IMG/VR virus record: IMGVR_UViG_3300045988_164290
Coordinates: 1-48,543 of that record
Source: a virus
Length of the DNA stretch: 48,543 nt
Reading direction: 5' to 3' (one strand)
Under the pieces are notes generated by a model that did not search any database, was not told where the DNA came from, and worked only from the letters and a program-made list of their open reading frames with translations. Position 1 is the first letter of the stretch, and each line of letters starts with the position of its first letter. Position numbers and translations under genes: made by a program. Positions 15,194-23,969 of the stretch are shown in pieces.

Positions 15194-15222
15194 AGTATAC
15201 CACACTCCGCCGCCGTTGTCAA
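15194..15222 (-). promoter_or_regulatory. early promoter TTGACA-17-TGgTATACT
   Basis: The reverse complement reads TTGACAacggcggcggagtgTGgTATACT. A GGGGC-agac-GCCCC hairpin follows in the leader. Confidence 0.7.
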
Positions 15223-15399
15223 CCCTTTTTCTTGTACTTTCGTTCGCTCCCCTTATACTTTCGCCCGCTCTTTATCTCTTTTATTTATATTCTTTTTACG
15301 CCCCCGGGCGTTTTATTATGGAAAGCACAAACAACCGACAAAGGGGGAAGGAGGGGGAAAGGCTAACCCCTTGCCGCCGCCTGAATGGTTGCAAAACAC

Positions 15400-15551
15400 G
15401 AGAAGAGAAAAAAAGAAAAACGAAAAAAAAGAAAAGGAAAAGACGAAAAGCGAAAAGACAAACGAAAAGAAAAGTAATATAAAAGAAAAGATAAAAGAAA
15501 AGATAAAAGAAGAAAAGGGATAAGAAAAAAAAGAAAAAAGAAAAAAAGAGG
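15400..15551 (+). repeat. polypurine tract (~150 nt, >90% A/G on plus) with GAAAAG and AAGAAAAGATAA repeats
   Basis: Read directly. I count roughly 11 pyrimidines in ~152 nt. Confidence 0.9.
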
Positions 15552-15556
15552 CACGG

Positions 15557-15645
15557 GCGCGCAGGGGTGTGTGTAAGATAATATAAATATAGCGCGCTCG
15601 TGTAATATATTATAAATTCGGCGAGCGTGTAGATTATATATACAC
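15557..15645. repeat. three imperfect ~30-bp modules: GCG(C/A)GC, then GTGTA, then an alternating AT run
   Basis: GCGCGC at 15557 and 15592, GCGAGC at 15621; GTGTA at 15571, 15600 and 15627. Confidence 0.7.
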
Positions 15646-15878
15646 TATGCCGCCGTTTTTTGAAATTGTTGGGATTGTGTTTGTTTTGTGGTTGTTCTGT
15701 GAATGTGCAATAAAGCCCGCTTAAAGGGGGGAAGAGAAAAGACGAACGGCGGGAAGCGTTCCCGGGGGGCGGAGTTGTCCCGCCGCCTCCGACCGCTTCA
15801 ACAGCAACGGCAGCCGCCCCGTCCCTATTTTTTGAGGGTGTGCCAGCCCGCCGTTTACCCACACCCAATCAGAAAAAG

Positions 15879-15907
15879 TTGACAAAAAGTGAGAGGTGTG
15901 ATAAAAT
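15879..15907 (+). promoter_or_regulatory. late promoter TTGACA-17-TGaTAAAAT
   Basis: TTGACAaaaagtgagaggtgTGaTAAAAT sits immediately upstream of the TerL RBS and ATG. Confidence 0.75.
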
Positions 15908-15939
15908 GGGGGCAAACGAGAAGCGGAGGGGTCACGGAG

Positions 15940-17826
15940 ATGGCGGAAGACAGGCAAGCGGAGATAGTGAGGTACGACAGGGTATACGGCAAAATTCAAG
16001 GGAATCGGGAATTGAGGCAAAACGGGGAATTGCTCTACGAACTCGAAAGTCGGCGGTACGAGATATACTATGAGCAGATACACGGGTGGCTTGCGGGGCG
16101 GCAAACGGAACAAAGCGAAGGGGAGATACGGGAACACGTTCGGTTTGTAATTCAAAACGACCTTGTGCTTTGCGGGAATATGACGAGGCTGTATCTCAAC
16201 AGGGCGCAGGACTTCAAGCGGAAAAAGAAAGACGACGAAATGAGTGCGAACTTTGAGGAATACGGAAAATGGAACGCACTTTATGAGGGGTTTTATGCGA
16301 TAGCGGCGTTTCGGAGTTTGGAACACTTTGCGATATTTATGGAATGGGATAAAGCCCCGAGCGACAAAATGTGGGAATACAGCATAGACACGTTTAAAGA
16401 CGGCGGGTTTAGCGGCTGCACGAAAGGTTTTTTCCATTATATGACTTCGGCGATAATGCAACGGCGACCTTCGTACATTGAAAAGCAACTGCCGACGGCT
16501 TACGGGAAATCGTACTCGGACAGTATGGCGATTGCGTTTATTTTGGGGTATAACAAAAACGAGCAGATAATTAAGGTTGTCGGAAATAACAGTTTGCCGT
16601 CAAAATGCACAATGCAAGTTGTGAACATAATGACGAACAAACGATACAGGCAAGTTTTCCCCGAATATGCGAAATTATGCGACAGCGAAAAGAACGTAAA
16701 AGACCAAATATTCTCCGTTTGCAAAATTCAGGACGGAATGTTGACGGTTCGGGGAAGTGCAAAAGACACAAACTACGAATGTTTTTCAAAGGGATGCGAC
16801 CGAGACGGAATACGTTGTGGTTTTCTTTTTATGGATGATGTAACGCAACGAAGCGAAATTCTGAAATTAGATATGCACAAGTCAGACATAACAGCGTTTG
16901 ACGGAACGTGGAAAAGACGAGCGGAAAATGAGGCGAGGCTAATTATAGTCAACAGCGGAACGACATACGACGCATACGACATTTTAAGCGTGTTGAAATT
17001 CAGATACAGCGAAGGAATGCTTTACAAATCGAGCATTAACAAGTGGACTTACACAAACAAAGACAAAACGGCGGCGTTCATCTGCGTACCGAAACTCGAC
17101 GATAAAGGCAGGTTGACTTTTCCGCAAAAGTGCGTGTTAAAAAACGTGCTTGCCGACAAGCGTAACAACTACGAACTTTTTATGGCTATGGATATGCAGC
17201 AGCCGATTATTCCAAAAGAATACTCGTTTTATTGGGACTACTTGCAACAATATGATTATGTGCCGAGCGATTGTGCCGAATATGCTGTTGCCGCGCTCGA
17301 CCCGGCAAGAACTGGGAGCAACTACGTTTCAATGCCTATTTTTCGGAAAAGGAAAGAAATTGACAATGAAAGTCAGACGGAAATTGATAAATTTTACCTT
17401 GTCGACTGTCTTTACGAAAAAATCACAATGGACGAAGCGTACGGTAAAATCGTAAACCTTGTTGAAAAACATCATATAACGAAATTGCATATTGAGCGTA
17501 ATACAGACACTTCGCTTAAATACCTGCTTGCGAAAATAATGGCAGAGCGTGGAATAACATACTGCGAAATATCTGAGGTTTATTCGACGAAGAAAAAGGA
17601 AGATAGAATTTATGCCGACGAAACCGTAATAAAAAAGCATATTGTTTTCCCGAAAAAAGATATGTTTGAACTTGCAAGCCCAATGGGAACGTTTATGAAC
17701 CACATAATTTCGTACAAGTACAAAGGTGCAGAATACGACGATAGCATAGATAGCGTGGGACTTTTTTGCGACAGATTTGTGCTTAAACACCAACAGTTAA
17801 TGAGACCAAAAATAATTTCTTTGTAA
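15940..17826 (+). CDS. terL: terminase large subunit
   Basis: ATG at 15940 after GGAGG, downstream of the promoter. Walker A-like QLPTAYGKSYS and Walker B-like FLFMDDV. First gene of the late block, followed by the portal gene. Confidence 0.75.
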   Translation: MAEDRQAEIVRYDRVYGKIQGNRELRQNGELLYELESRRYEIYYEQIHGWLAGRQTEQSEGEIREHVRFVIQNDLVLCGNMTRLYLNRAQDFKRKKKDDEMSANFEEYGKWNALYEGFYAIAAFRSLEHFAIFMEWDKAPSDKMWEYSIDTFKDGGFSGCTKGFFHYMTSAIMQRRPSYIEKQLPTAYGKSYSDSMAIAFILGYNKNEQIIKVVGNNSLPSKCTMQVVNIMTNKRYRQVFPEYAKLCDSEKNVKDQIFSVCKIQDGMLTVRGSAKDTNYECFSKGCDRDGIRCGFLFMDDVTQRSEILKLDMHKSDITAFDGTWKRRAENEARLIIVNSGTTYDAYDILSVLKFRYSEGMLYKSSINKWTYTNKDKTAAFICVPKLDDKGRLTFPQKCVLKNVLADKRNNYELFMAMDMQQPIIPKEYSFYWDYLQQYDYVPSDCAEYAVAALDPARTGSNYVSMPIFRKRKEIDNESQTEIDKFYLVDCLYEKITMDEAYGKIVNLVEKHHITKLHIERNTDTSLKYLLAKIMAERGITYCEISEVYSTKKKEDRIYADETVIKKHIVFPKKDMFELASPMGTFMNHIISYKYKGAEYDDSIDSVGLFCDRFVLKHQQLMRPKIISL

Positions 17827-17844
17827 ATTTTTTTGCAAAAACAC

Positions 17845-17873
17845 TTGACAAATGCGAAATTTTGTGCTATTTG
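17845..17873 (+). promoter_or_regulatory. internal promoter TTGACA-17-TGcTATTTG
   Basis: TTGACAaatgcgaaattttgTGcTATTTG; the -10 is weaker than in the other promoters. Confidence 0.45.
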
Positions 17874-17900
17874 TGAGAATATAGTAGAGGTGCATAGAAA

Positions 17901-18077
17901 ATGCAAAAACTGAGATGTCCTATGTGCGGCAGTCTACTCATTAAGAATTGCGACCTTGTGACCGATAAAAAAGTCGAGTTTGGGTTGGATGAGATTAAAG
18001 CCGCAAAACCCGAAGAAGTCGGGAAAATTAAGTGTTATAATTGCAAACGGCAAATAAAGTATTTGCTTAAAGATTGA
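17901..18077 (+). CDS. zinc-ribbon protein (58 aa)
   Basis: GAGGTG RBS; MQKLRCPMCGS...KCYNCKRQ. Confidence 0.5.
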   Translation: MQKLRCPMCGSLLIKNCDLVTDKKVEFGLDEIKAAKPEEVGKIKCYNCKRQIKYLLKD

Positions 18078-18088
18078 CCGAGGTGCTT

Positions 18089-19678
18089 ATGGCAGACGTA
18101 GATACCGAAAATTTACGCACAAGTAAAATTACTGATTTTGGGTTTAAAGGAATACCCAAAATAATGATACCCAAAACCGACGACGATTTTAGGGGCAGTG
18201 ATTGGGGTGCGAGTATCTTAAAGAAATATTTGCCTATTTGCCTTTCAAAGCACAAACAAAATGCGGCAAAAATAGAATATTATCGGGCATATTATCAGGG
18301 CAGACAAGATATTTGCGAAAAGACGAGGCTTTACAGCAAGGACAGCGTAAACAATAACCGCATTACCGAAAATCACGCATTGCGGCAAATTGACTTTAAG
18401 GTTGGTTTTTTAACGGGCGAGCATAGAGAATATACTGCGAAAACCGAGTTAAAAGACGATCATACTTTAAAAAGCGAATTGTCAACGCTGAACAAATATT
18501 TTACAGATTGTAATTTTTTTGCAAAAGACAAAGACCTTAAAGAATGGGTTTATAATGTCGGCGTCGGTGTGACGGTTTGTAAGCCGAGAACTGATATTAT
18601 AATCGAAAACAACGGGAATTATTCGATTTCGCCGTTTTTCGATATTGAAAATGAAGCACCGTTTGAAATTGCTACTGTTTCGCCAATAGACAACTTTGTT
18701 GTTTATTCGAGCGGAATAGAAAACAATCCGCTTTTTTGCATATCAATAGTCGAGGTTGAAAAAGACAGCGATAGCCCTTCGGTTAAAACGCAAAATGAAA
18801 TTCATATCGAAACACGTTATGCAAGTTTTGTTTGTTATAGCAATTTATCTTACAGAGGACTTAACAATCTTCGTTTAGAAACCCTTAAAACTTCGCATTA
18901 TTTGCCAATTATCGAGCATTGGGCGAATATGTCTCGAATGGGGATTGTTGAACTTAACCGAGACCTTTTCAACAGCATAAATACGCTTGTATCGAGCGTA
19001 GCGGATATGGTAGTCGATAACGCAAATATTATTTACGTTTTTAAGGCTACGGATATAACAGGCGAAGAAGTAAGAAAAATGGTTCGGCAGGGTGCAATAG
19101 TTTTGCCTGCTCAGCAAATAGGAACAAACCAAGCCCCCGACTTAAATACGATTACAATTTCAATTCCGTTTAGCGGTCTCAATGAGTATTACGAACAGCG
19201 TCTTACACAAGCATATGATATTGCTGGCGTTCCGTTGGCAAGTGGAGCCGTTACGAGCGGCGGTGATACAGGTCAGGCAAGGCTTTTAGGCGGAGGTTGG
19301 AATAATGCATACACAATTATTCGCAACGATATAAACTCGCTTAACAGAGGTGACCTTGCATTGCTTAAACTTATTTTGTTTTTATGCAAGTTGTACCCGA
19401 ATTCGCCGATAAAAAAAATGTATGCAAGTCAGATTGACATAAAGTACAGAATAAATCAAAGCGACAACTTCCTTGTTAAGGCACAGGGTATTGCGCAACT
19501 TTATTCCACGAATATGCCGAAAGAACTTATCCTTAAATACAGCGGTATTTCAAGCGATATAGGGACGGAAGCAACGGCGTGGGAAGAAAAAGACACCGAG
19601 TTGCGTGGTGAAAAAACTTCGCAAGTTGATGATATAAATAGCGAAACAACGCTTAAAAATTCGACAGGAAAGTCGTAA
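18089..19678 (+). CDS. portal protein (SPP1 gp6-like)
   Basis: ATG at 18089. YYRAYYQGRQDI...NNNRITENHALRQIDFKVGFLTGE resembles SPP1-type portals, and the gene follows TerL. Confidence 0.75.
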   Translation: MADVDTENLRTSKITDFGFKGIPKIMIPKTDDDFRGSDWGASILKKYLPICLSKHKQNAAKIEYYRAYYQGRQDICEKTRLYSKDSVNNNRITENHALRQIDFKVGFLTGEHREYTAKTELKDDHTLKSELSTLNKYFTDCNFFAKDKDLKEWVYNVGVGVTVCKPRTDIIIENNGNYSISPFFDIENEAPFEIATVSPIDNFVVYSSGIENNPLFCISIVEVEKDSDSPSVKTQNEIHIETRYASFVCYSNLSYRGLNNLRLETLKTSHYLPIIEHWANMSRMGIVELNRDLFNSINTLVSSVADMVVDNANIIYVFKATDITGEEVRKMVRQGAIVLPAQQIGTNQAPDLNTITISIPFSGLNEYYEQRLTQAYDIAGVPLASGAVTSGGDTGQARLLGGGWNNAYTIIRNDINSLNRGDLALLKLILFLCKLYPNSPIKKMYASQIDIKYRINQSDNFLVKAQGIAQLYSTNMPKELILKYSGISSDIGTEATAWEEKDTELRGEKTSQVDDINSETTLKNSTGKS

Positions 19679-19724
19679 ATCGTGAAAATAGTCAGGAAAG
19701 ACTTTAATCGTGGAGGAAAACTAA

Positions 19725-20270
19725 ATGCCGAAAATCGACACAAGCACAATTCAAGGGTATGCAGATATGACGCCCGAACAAAAAATCTCTTATTTTGAAA
19801 GTTTTGAGTTTAACGACAATGCTTCGGAACTTGGCAAATTGCGTGAAAGTGTGAAAAAACTCACTGGCGAAAATGCCGACTATAAACGCAAATATCAAGC
19901 GAGCCTTGACGAGGCTGGCAAAAAAGAACTTGCCGACCAAGAACAAAAGGCACAGTACGAAGAAAGACTTGCAAAACTTGCCGAGTACGAAAAAAAAGAG
20001 GAATTGCTTAACAGCGGTTTTTCTGCCGAAGAATGTAAAGTTCTTATGGAAAAGAATTGCAGTGCGGCGGCGTACACGGAAATTTTCAAAAAAAGAGAAG
20101 AGGCTCTCAAAAAGTCTTTGGGGTTAGAGGGTATCAAGAAAACTACTGCCCGTGACGGTTTAGGTGCAATAGGAAACAAGGACGAAGAAGACGACCTTGG
20201 AACTCGCCTCGCAAAGAAAAATCTTTCAAACGGCGATATGCAAAAAATCAAAGACAGATATAAAATATAG
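19725..20270 (+). CDS. scaffolding protein (DUF4355-like)
   Basis: Coiled-coil, charged 181-aa protein between the portal and capsid genes. Confidence 0.6.
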   Translation: MPKIDTSTIQGYADMTPEQKISYFESFEFNDNASELGKLRESVKKLTGENADYKRKYQASLDEAGKKELADQEQKAQYEERLAKLAEYEKKEELLNSGFSAEECKVLMEKNCSAAAYTEIFKKREEALKKSLGLEGIKKTTARDGLGAIGNKDEEDDLGTRLAKKNLSNGDMQKIKDRYKI

Positions 20271-20282
20271 GAGATAAAATAA

Positions 20283-20681
20283 ATGGCAACTAAAACTTTT
20301 ATGGACGAAAAAGATATTCGTCTTTTCCCCGAAGTTTGCGTTGAAATCCCCGTTATCGTAGGAAATGCCGGCGTGACTGTCGGAACTGACGGAAGAAAAG
20401 TCATTAAGGCTGGAACTCCGATTGGCTCGACCACGAATGTATTTGAAAACAGACAAACGGTTCTCAACGTAACTAACACGGCAAACGCCTCTGCACCCGC
20501 TGCGGCGGACGGCAAAAACTCTTTCGGAGTACTTATGCACGATGTTGACGTAACCAACGGAAATGCAAATGCAAGTATGCTTATTGCAGGCTATGTAGAT
20601 TTGCTTAAACTCGACGTTACACCTGTCGCAGACGCAAAAACGGCTCTTTCGAGAATACTCTTTATAAAGGGGGCTAAATAA
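20283..20681 (+). CDS. head decoration-like protein
   Basis: Gly/Ala/Thr-rich 132-aa protein directly upstream of the gpE-like capsid gene; the call rests on position only. Confidence 0.4.
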   Translation: MATKTFMDEKDIRLFPEVCVEIPVIVGNAGVTVGTDGRKVIKAGTPIGSTTNVFENRQTVLNVTNTANASAPAAADGKNSFGVLMHDVDVTNGNANASMLIAGYVDLLKLDVTPVADAKTALSRILFIKGAK

Positions 20682-20683
20682 TT

Positions 20684-21733
20684 ATGGCAAAAATTTACGA
20701 CGTAATAACCGCAAAAGCGATAGGAAACTTCTGGGAAGCGTCGGCTCTTTACAGAGAACCGTATTTTGGCGAAAGTAAATTCCCCAACAGAAAGAAACTC
20801 GGTCTTGAACTTTCGTGGATAAAGGGTGCAAAAAATGCTCCAGTTATGCTTATGCCTTCTGCGTTGGACGCTAAGGTAATTCCCGTATCTCGTCAGGGCT
20901 TTGAAATGCCCTCGGCAAAAATACCGTTTTTCAAAAATTCAAGACCTCTCAACGAAGATTTAAGACAGCAGTTTAACTCTTTGGCGGAATACAATTCCGA
21001 AATGGCAGAGACTATTTCCGAAATGATATTCAACGATGAAGCGGATTTGCTTGAAAATGCGGCACTTACAAGAGAAGTTCTTCGTATGCAGGCTCTTACC
21101 ACGGGTGCAATTTCACTTGCTTCTAACGGTCAAGTTGTATCATACGATTACGGCATCCCTGCAGGAAACAAAAAAACGCCCACCGTAAAATGGGACGTTG
21201 CGGCATCTGCTGACCCGATCGCGGATATTAACGCTTGGATACTCGACCTTGAAAGTAAGAAAGGCGTTAAAATATCCGAAATGCTTATTAACAACGTTAC
21301 CCTTTCATACATTCAGAAAGCGGCGGCAGTTAAAAACCTTATGTTCGCAAACGTTACAAATCAGCCTGCGGCGGCTTCGAGAACGAAGACGATTGAGTTC
21401 CTTAAAGAAGAAACCGGTCTTGATGTTTATGTTTATGACAAAGGTTACGACAATGACGGCACGTTTACGAAATTTATTGCGGACGGCACGGTCGTACTTA
21501 TGCCTGCGGATTCACTCGGCAATACTTGGTTCGGAACTACGCCCGAAGAAAGTGACCTTATGAACGGCATAGGCACGAAAGCCTCTGTAAAAGTTGTTGA
21601 TACGGGCGTTGCGGTTACCACTTACAAAGAAGAAGACCCTGTTACGGTTATAACGAAAGTTTCCGAATTGGTTCTTCCGTCATTTGAAATGGCGGACTGC
21701 GTAATAATCGCGAGCGTAAAAACAGGCGGTTAA
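20684..21733 (+). CDS. major capsid protein (lambda gpE-like family)
   Basis: 349 aa. The N-terminal region ...FWEASALYREPYFGESKFPNRK...LSWIKGAKNAPVMLMPSALDAKV resembles Phage_cap_E. Position is canonical. Confidence 0.75.
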   Translation: MAKIYDVITAKAIGNFWEASALYREPYFGESKFPNRKKLGLELSWIKGAKNAPVMLMPSALDAKVIPVSRQGFEMPSAKIPFFKNSRPLNEDLRQQFNSLAEYNSEMAETISEMIFNDEADLLENAALTREVLRMQALTTGAISLASNGQVVSYDYGIPAGNKKTPTVKWDVAASADPIADINAWILDLESKKGVKISEMLINNVTLSYIQKAAAVKNLMFANVTNQPAAASRTKTIEFLKEETGLDVYVYDKGYDNDGTFTKFIADGTVVLMPADSLGNTWFGTTPEESDLMNGIGTKASVKVVDTGVAVTTYKEEDPVTVITKVSELVLPSFEMADCVIIASVKTGG

Positions 21734-21734
21734 A

Positions 21735-21923
21735 ATGAATTGGATAACAATAACTGACGGAAGAATAACCGTTACAGTTCCATATCAGTCGTACCTCGAC
21801 TTGTTTAGGCGTAACGGTTTTTCCGAAGTTATTGAAGAGGTGAAGAGCAATGACGATAGACGAACAATTACGAATAAACAGCGTAAAGTGTCAACTAAAA
21901 AAGAAATACCCGTCTCTAAATGA
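21735..21923 (+). CDS. hypothetical small protein
   Basis: ORF whose 3' end overlaps the next gene by 74 nt. Confidence 0.3.
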   Translation: MNWITITDGRITVTVPYQSYLDLFRRNGFSEVIEEVKSNDDRRTITNKQRKVSTKKEIPVSK

Positions 21924-22197
21924 TGTTGACTGCGAAAAGGCGTTTGATTTAGCCGTTGCGGACTACCTCATTAAAAAATATCCAAGTGAAAATAACAGAC
22001 CAACGCCCGAAACCCTGCTTTATGATTTTGTGACGGTGCAATGCCTTTACAAAATTATGGATTATTTGAGCGGTGCGTCGGGTATACCCGTAGGTGTCAA
22101 GGAATACAGCGAAAACAGTTTAAAGTTTGTCTTTGATACCTCGGTGTTGGCGAATTATTTTGACTTCGGCTTACCAAAGGCGGCAATTCCTAAATGA
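21850..22197 (+). CDS. head-tail connector (gp6-like adaptor)
   Basis: GAGGTG RBS; size and position fit. Confidence 0.45.
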   Translation: MTIDEQLRINSVKCQLKKKYPSLNDVDCEKAFDLAVADYLIKKYPSENNRPTPETLLYDFVTVQCLYKIMDYLSGASGIPVGVKEYSENSLKFVFDTSVLANYFDFGLPKAAIPK

Positions 22198-22550
22198 GAG
22201 TTGGCGATAGCGTTTGGTATTGCAAGCGGACGGGTGAAAGCGAATACGCAGAGCCGATTGAAATTAAGACGGCACTTATGCACTTTACAGTAATGGGAAA
22301 GTCAGGCTATCTTGATATTCAGGAATATGGCGAAAACATAAACAATTATTTAACGGCGGTTGCACAGCCTTATGCAAAATGGGACGGCGTTTTCCACGAA
22401 GGAGACCTGTTTTATTGCAACGGGGCAAGACCGAGTTTGTCGGAAGAATATTACGGGCAAAATGCAAACTACGTTGTCGATACAATCGATTACGGAAATG
22501 CTCGTATAAAACTCACTTTAAAGCGGACGGCTTATTATGAAAGTAATTAG
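22194..22550 (+). CDS. head closure / head-tail joining protein
   Basis: Position and ATGA-type overlap. Confidence 0.4.
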   Translation: MRVGDSVWYCKRTGESEYAEPIEIKTALMHFTVMGKSGYLDIQEYGENINNYLTAVAQPYAKWDGVFHEGDLFYCNGARPSLSEEYYGQNANYVVDTIDYGNARIKLTLKRTAYYESN

Positions 22551-23007
22551 GAACGATTTGCCGAACTTTTACCGAAAATTACAAGCGTTACGTTTAAAAG
22601 AGATAAATTCAGTTGCGTGTGGTTTACTTGCTGAAAAATGCCGATCGTTTGCCGAGTTGTACTGGGCGGGCGAAGCGACCATAACAGTAGAGGGCGAGGG
22701 AACTGAACGCAAAATAGTTGCAAGCGGCGAGCAAGTCGCATTTATTGAGTTCGGAATAGGTATAGAAGGTAAAGGCACTTATTTAGGCGAATTGCCTCAA
22801 AGTGGCGTACCATTTACTGGGGCTTGGCACTATTATTATCCGTCCAAGTCAAAAATAGAAATTAACGGCATTAAAGGCTGGATAGATAACAATGGGAATT
22901 TCCGTGTTGGATATGCGGCAAAAATGCCTATGTACAATACAATGCGAGACTTGCGACTGTATGTTGAAACAGACTTTATAAATGACCTTAAAGGAGCGTT
23001 AGCGTGA
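22537..23007 (+). CDS. HK97 gp10-like tail-completion protein
   Basis: ...VAFIEFGIGIEGKG... and position. Confidence 0.4.
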   Translation: MKVIRNDLPNFYRKLQALRLKEINSVACGLLAEKCRSFAELYWAGEATITVEGEGTERKIVASGEQVAFIEFGIGIEGKGTYLGELPQSGVPFTGAWHYYYPSKSKIEINGIKGWIDNNGNFRVGYAAKMPMYNTMRDLRLYVETDFINDLKGALA

Positions 23008-23465
23008 AAGTTTTACTTGACGATATAATTGCGTTCATAGACGGCAAATTCGCCGCTGAGAGCGATTTTACTAACAAACCGCAAGGTCATTACGCTTATG
23101 AGCAAAATTTAATTCCTACGGGCGTTTTCCCTTATTACGAAATTCAAGTAATAGGCGGCAACGATAGGACGGAAGAATTTAATCGGCTTGTAAGCCGTGT
23201 ATTAGACTTGCAGATAAATGTTTATGGCGTAAAAGCAAAATTAAAAACAAAATTGCAATCTCCGCAGGCGGTTTCAATGATACTTGCCGATAAATGCGAA
23301 GAATTTATGCAAGAGTTTAAATATGCAAACGGGGCGGTTCTGAGTTTGAGTGAAATTACTCGCAGTCCGACCTTACCATATAAGGACGGGGCAAAATCTT
23401 ATACGACAGCATTACGTTACAGAATTGAAATTGCCTTGCCTTACAAATCTATAAAAGGAGAGTAA
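23004..23465 (+). CDS. tail terminator-like protein
   Basis: Position directly upstream of the major tail gene. Confidence 0.35.
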   Translation: MKVLLDDIIAFIDGKFAAESDFTNKPQGHYAYEQNLIPTGVFPYYEIQVIGGNDRTEEFNRLVSRVLDLQINVYGVKAKLKTKLQSPQAVSMILADKCEEFMQEFKYANGAVLSLSEITRSPTLPYKDGAKSYTTALRYRIEIALPYKSIKGE

Positions 23466-23466
23466 T

Positions 23467-23949
23467 ATGGCTAACTATACAGCATTAACTACGATAGGTG
23501 TAAAGGTCGGATATGCGTTAGAAACAACTGACGGCACTCGACCGACTTCGGGGTATAAGCATTTAAAAGGTTTCAGGACAACTCCCGACTTTAACGTTGA
23601 ACCCAACACCGCCGATGTATCGACTTTTGAAAATGTTGAGTTTACGAGTAAAGTTGGTTTGCTTAAAGAAGCACCCGACAATTATAAGTTCGGCGGCGTT
23701 TTAAGCCAAGGACTTGGAACTGATTGGAAAACGCTTATTACGGCATACGGCACGGGAGCCAAAAGAATGTGGTTCGTTATCGAAGTTCCGGGCTATGATG
23801 AAGCAATGTATTTTTCGGGCATTCCTGAAAAGTTGTCATTCCCGTCTTTTGAAGTCAATAACGCAATCACCGATATGTCGTTGTTTATCAATGCGGACGG
23901 TGGCGAACCTTTGATAGCCGCTAAGCCTACTGAATGGGCGGCAGATTAA
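23467..23949 (+). CDS. major tail protein
   Basis: 160 aa, directly upstream of the chaperone pair. Confidence 0.6.
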   Translation: MANYTALTTIGVKVGYALETTDGTRPTSGYKHLKGFRTTPDFNVEPNTADVSTFENVEFTSKVGLLKEAPDNYKFGGVLSQGLGTDWKTLITAYGTGAKRMWFVIEVPGYDEAMYFSGIPEKLSFPSFEVNNAITDMSLFINADGGEPLIAAKPTEWAAD

Positions 23950-23969
23950 AATAAAAAAAGGAAAATAAA

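Noticed and set aside
15400-15645. Repeat-rich non-coding region as a CRISPR array
   Set aside because: There are no constant-length direct repeats separated by unique spacers. The repeats are short purine units and three degenerate ~30-bp modules, and there are no cas genes.
15296-15868. 190-aa minus-strand ORF (and the nested 15363..15554 and 15216..15482 ORFs) across the early/late intergenic region
   Set aside because: Translation is low-complexity poly-F/L/S or poly-K/E/R derived from the polypurine tract. There is no RBS, and the ORFs lie between divergent promoters that transcribe away from them.
15721-16488. 255-aa ORF antisense to the 5' part of terL
   Set aside because: This is a shadow ORF created by the purine-rich coding strand of terL. 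The product is Pro/Arg/Phe-rich with no start context, and the terL frame carries recognisable motifs.
19895-20557. 220-aa antisense ORF over the scaffold and decoration genes; similar antisense ORFs at 24398..24892, 25169..25861, 1866..2453 and 14437..14964
   Set aside because: All lie opposite well-supported genes with canonical order and RBSs. Their products are low-complexity (S/F/L/P-rich) and lack start signals.
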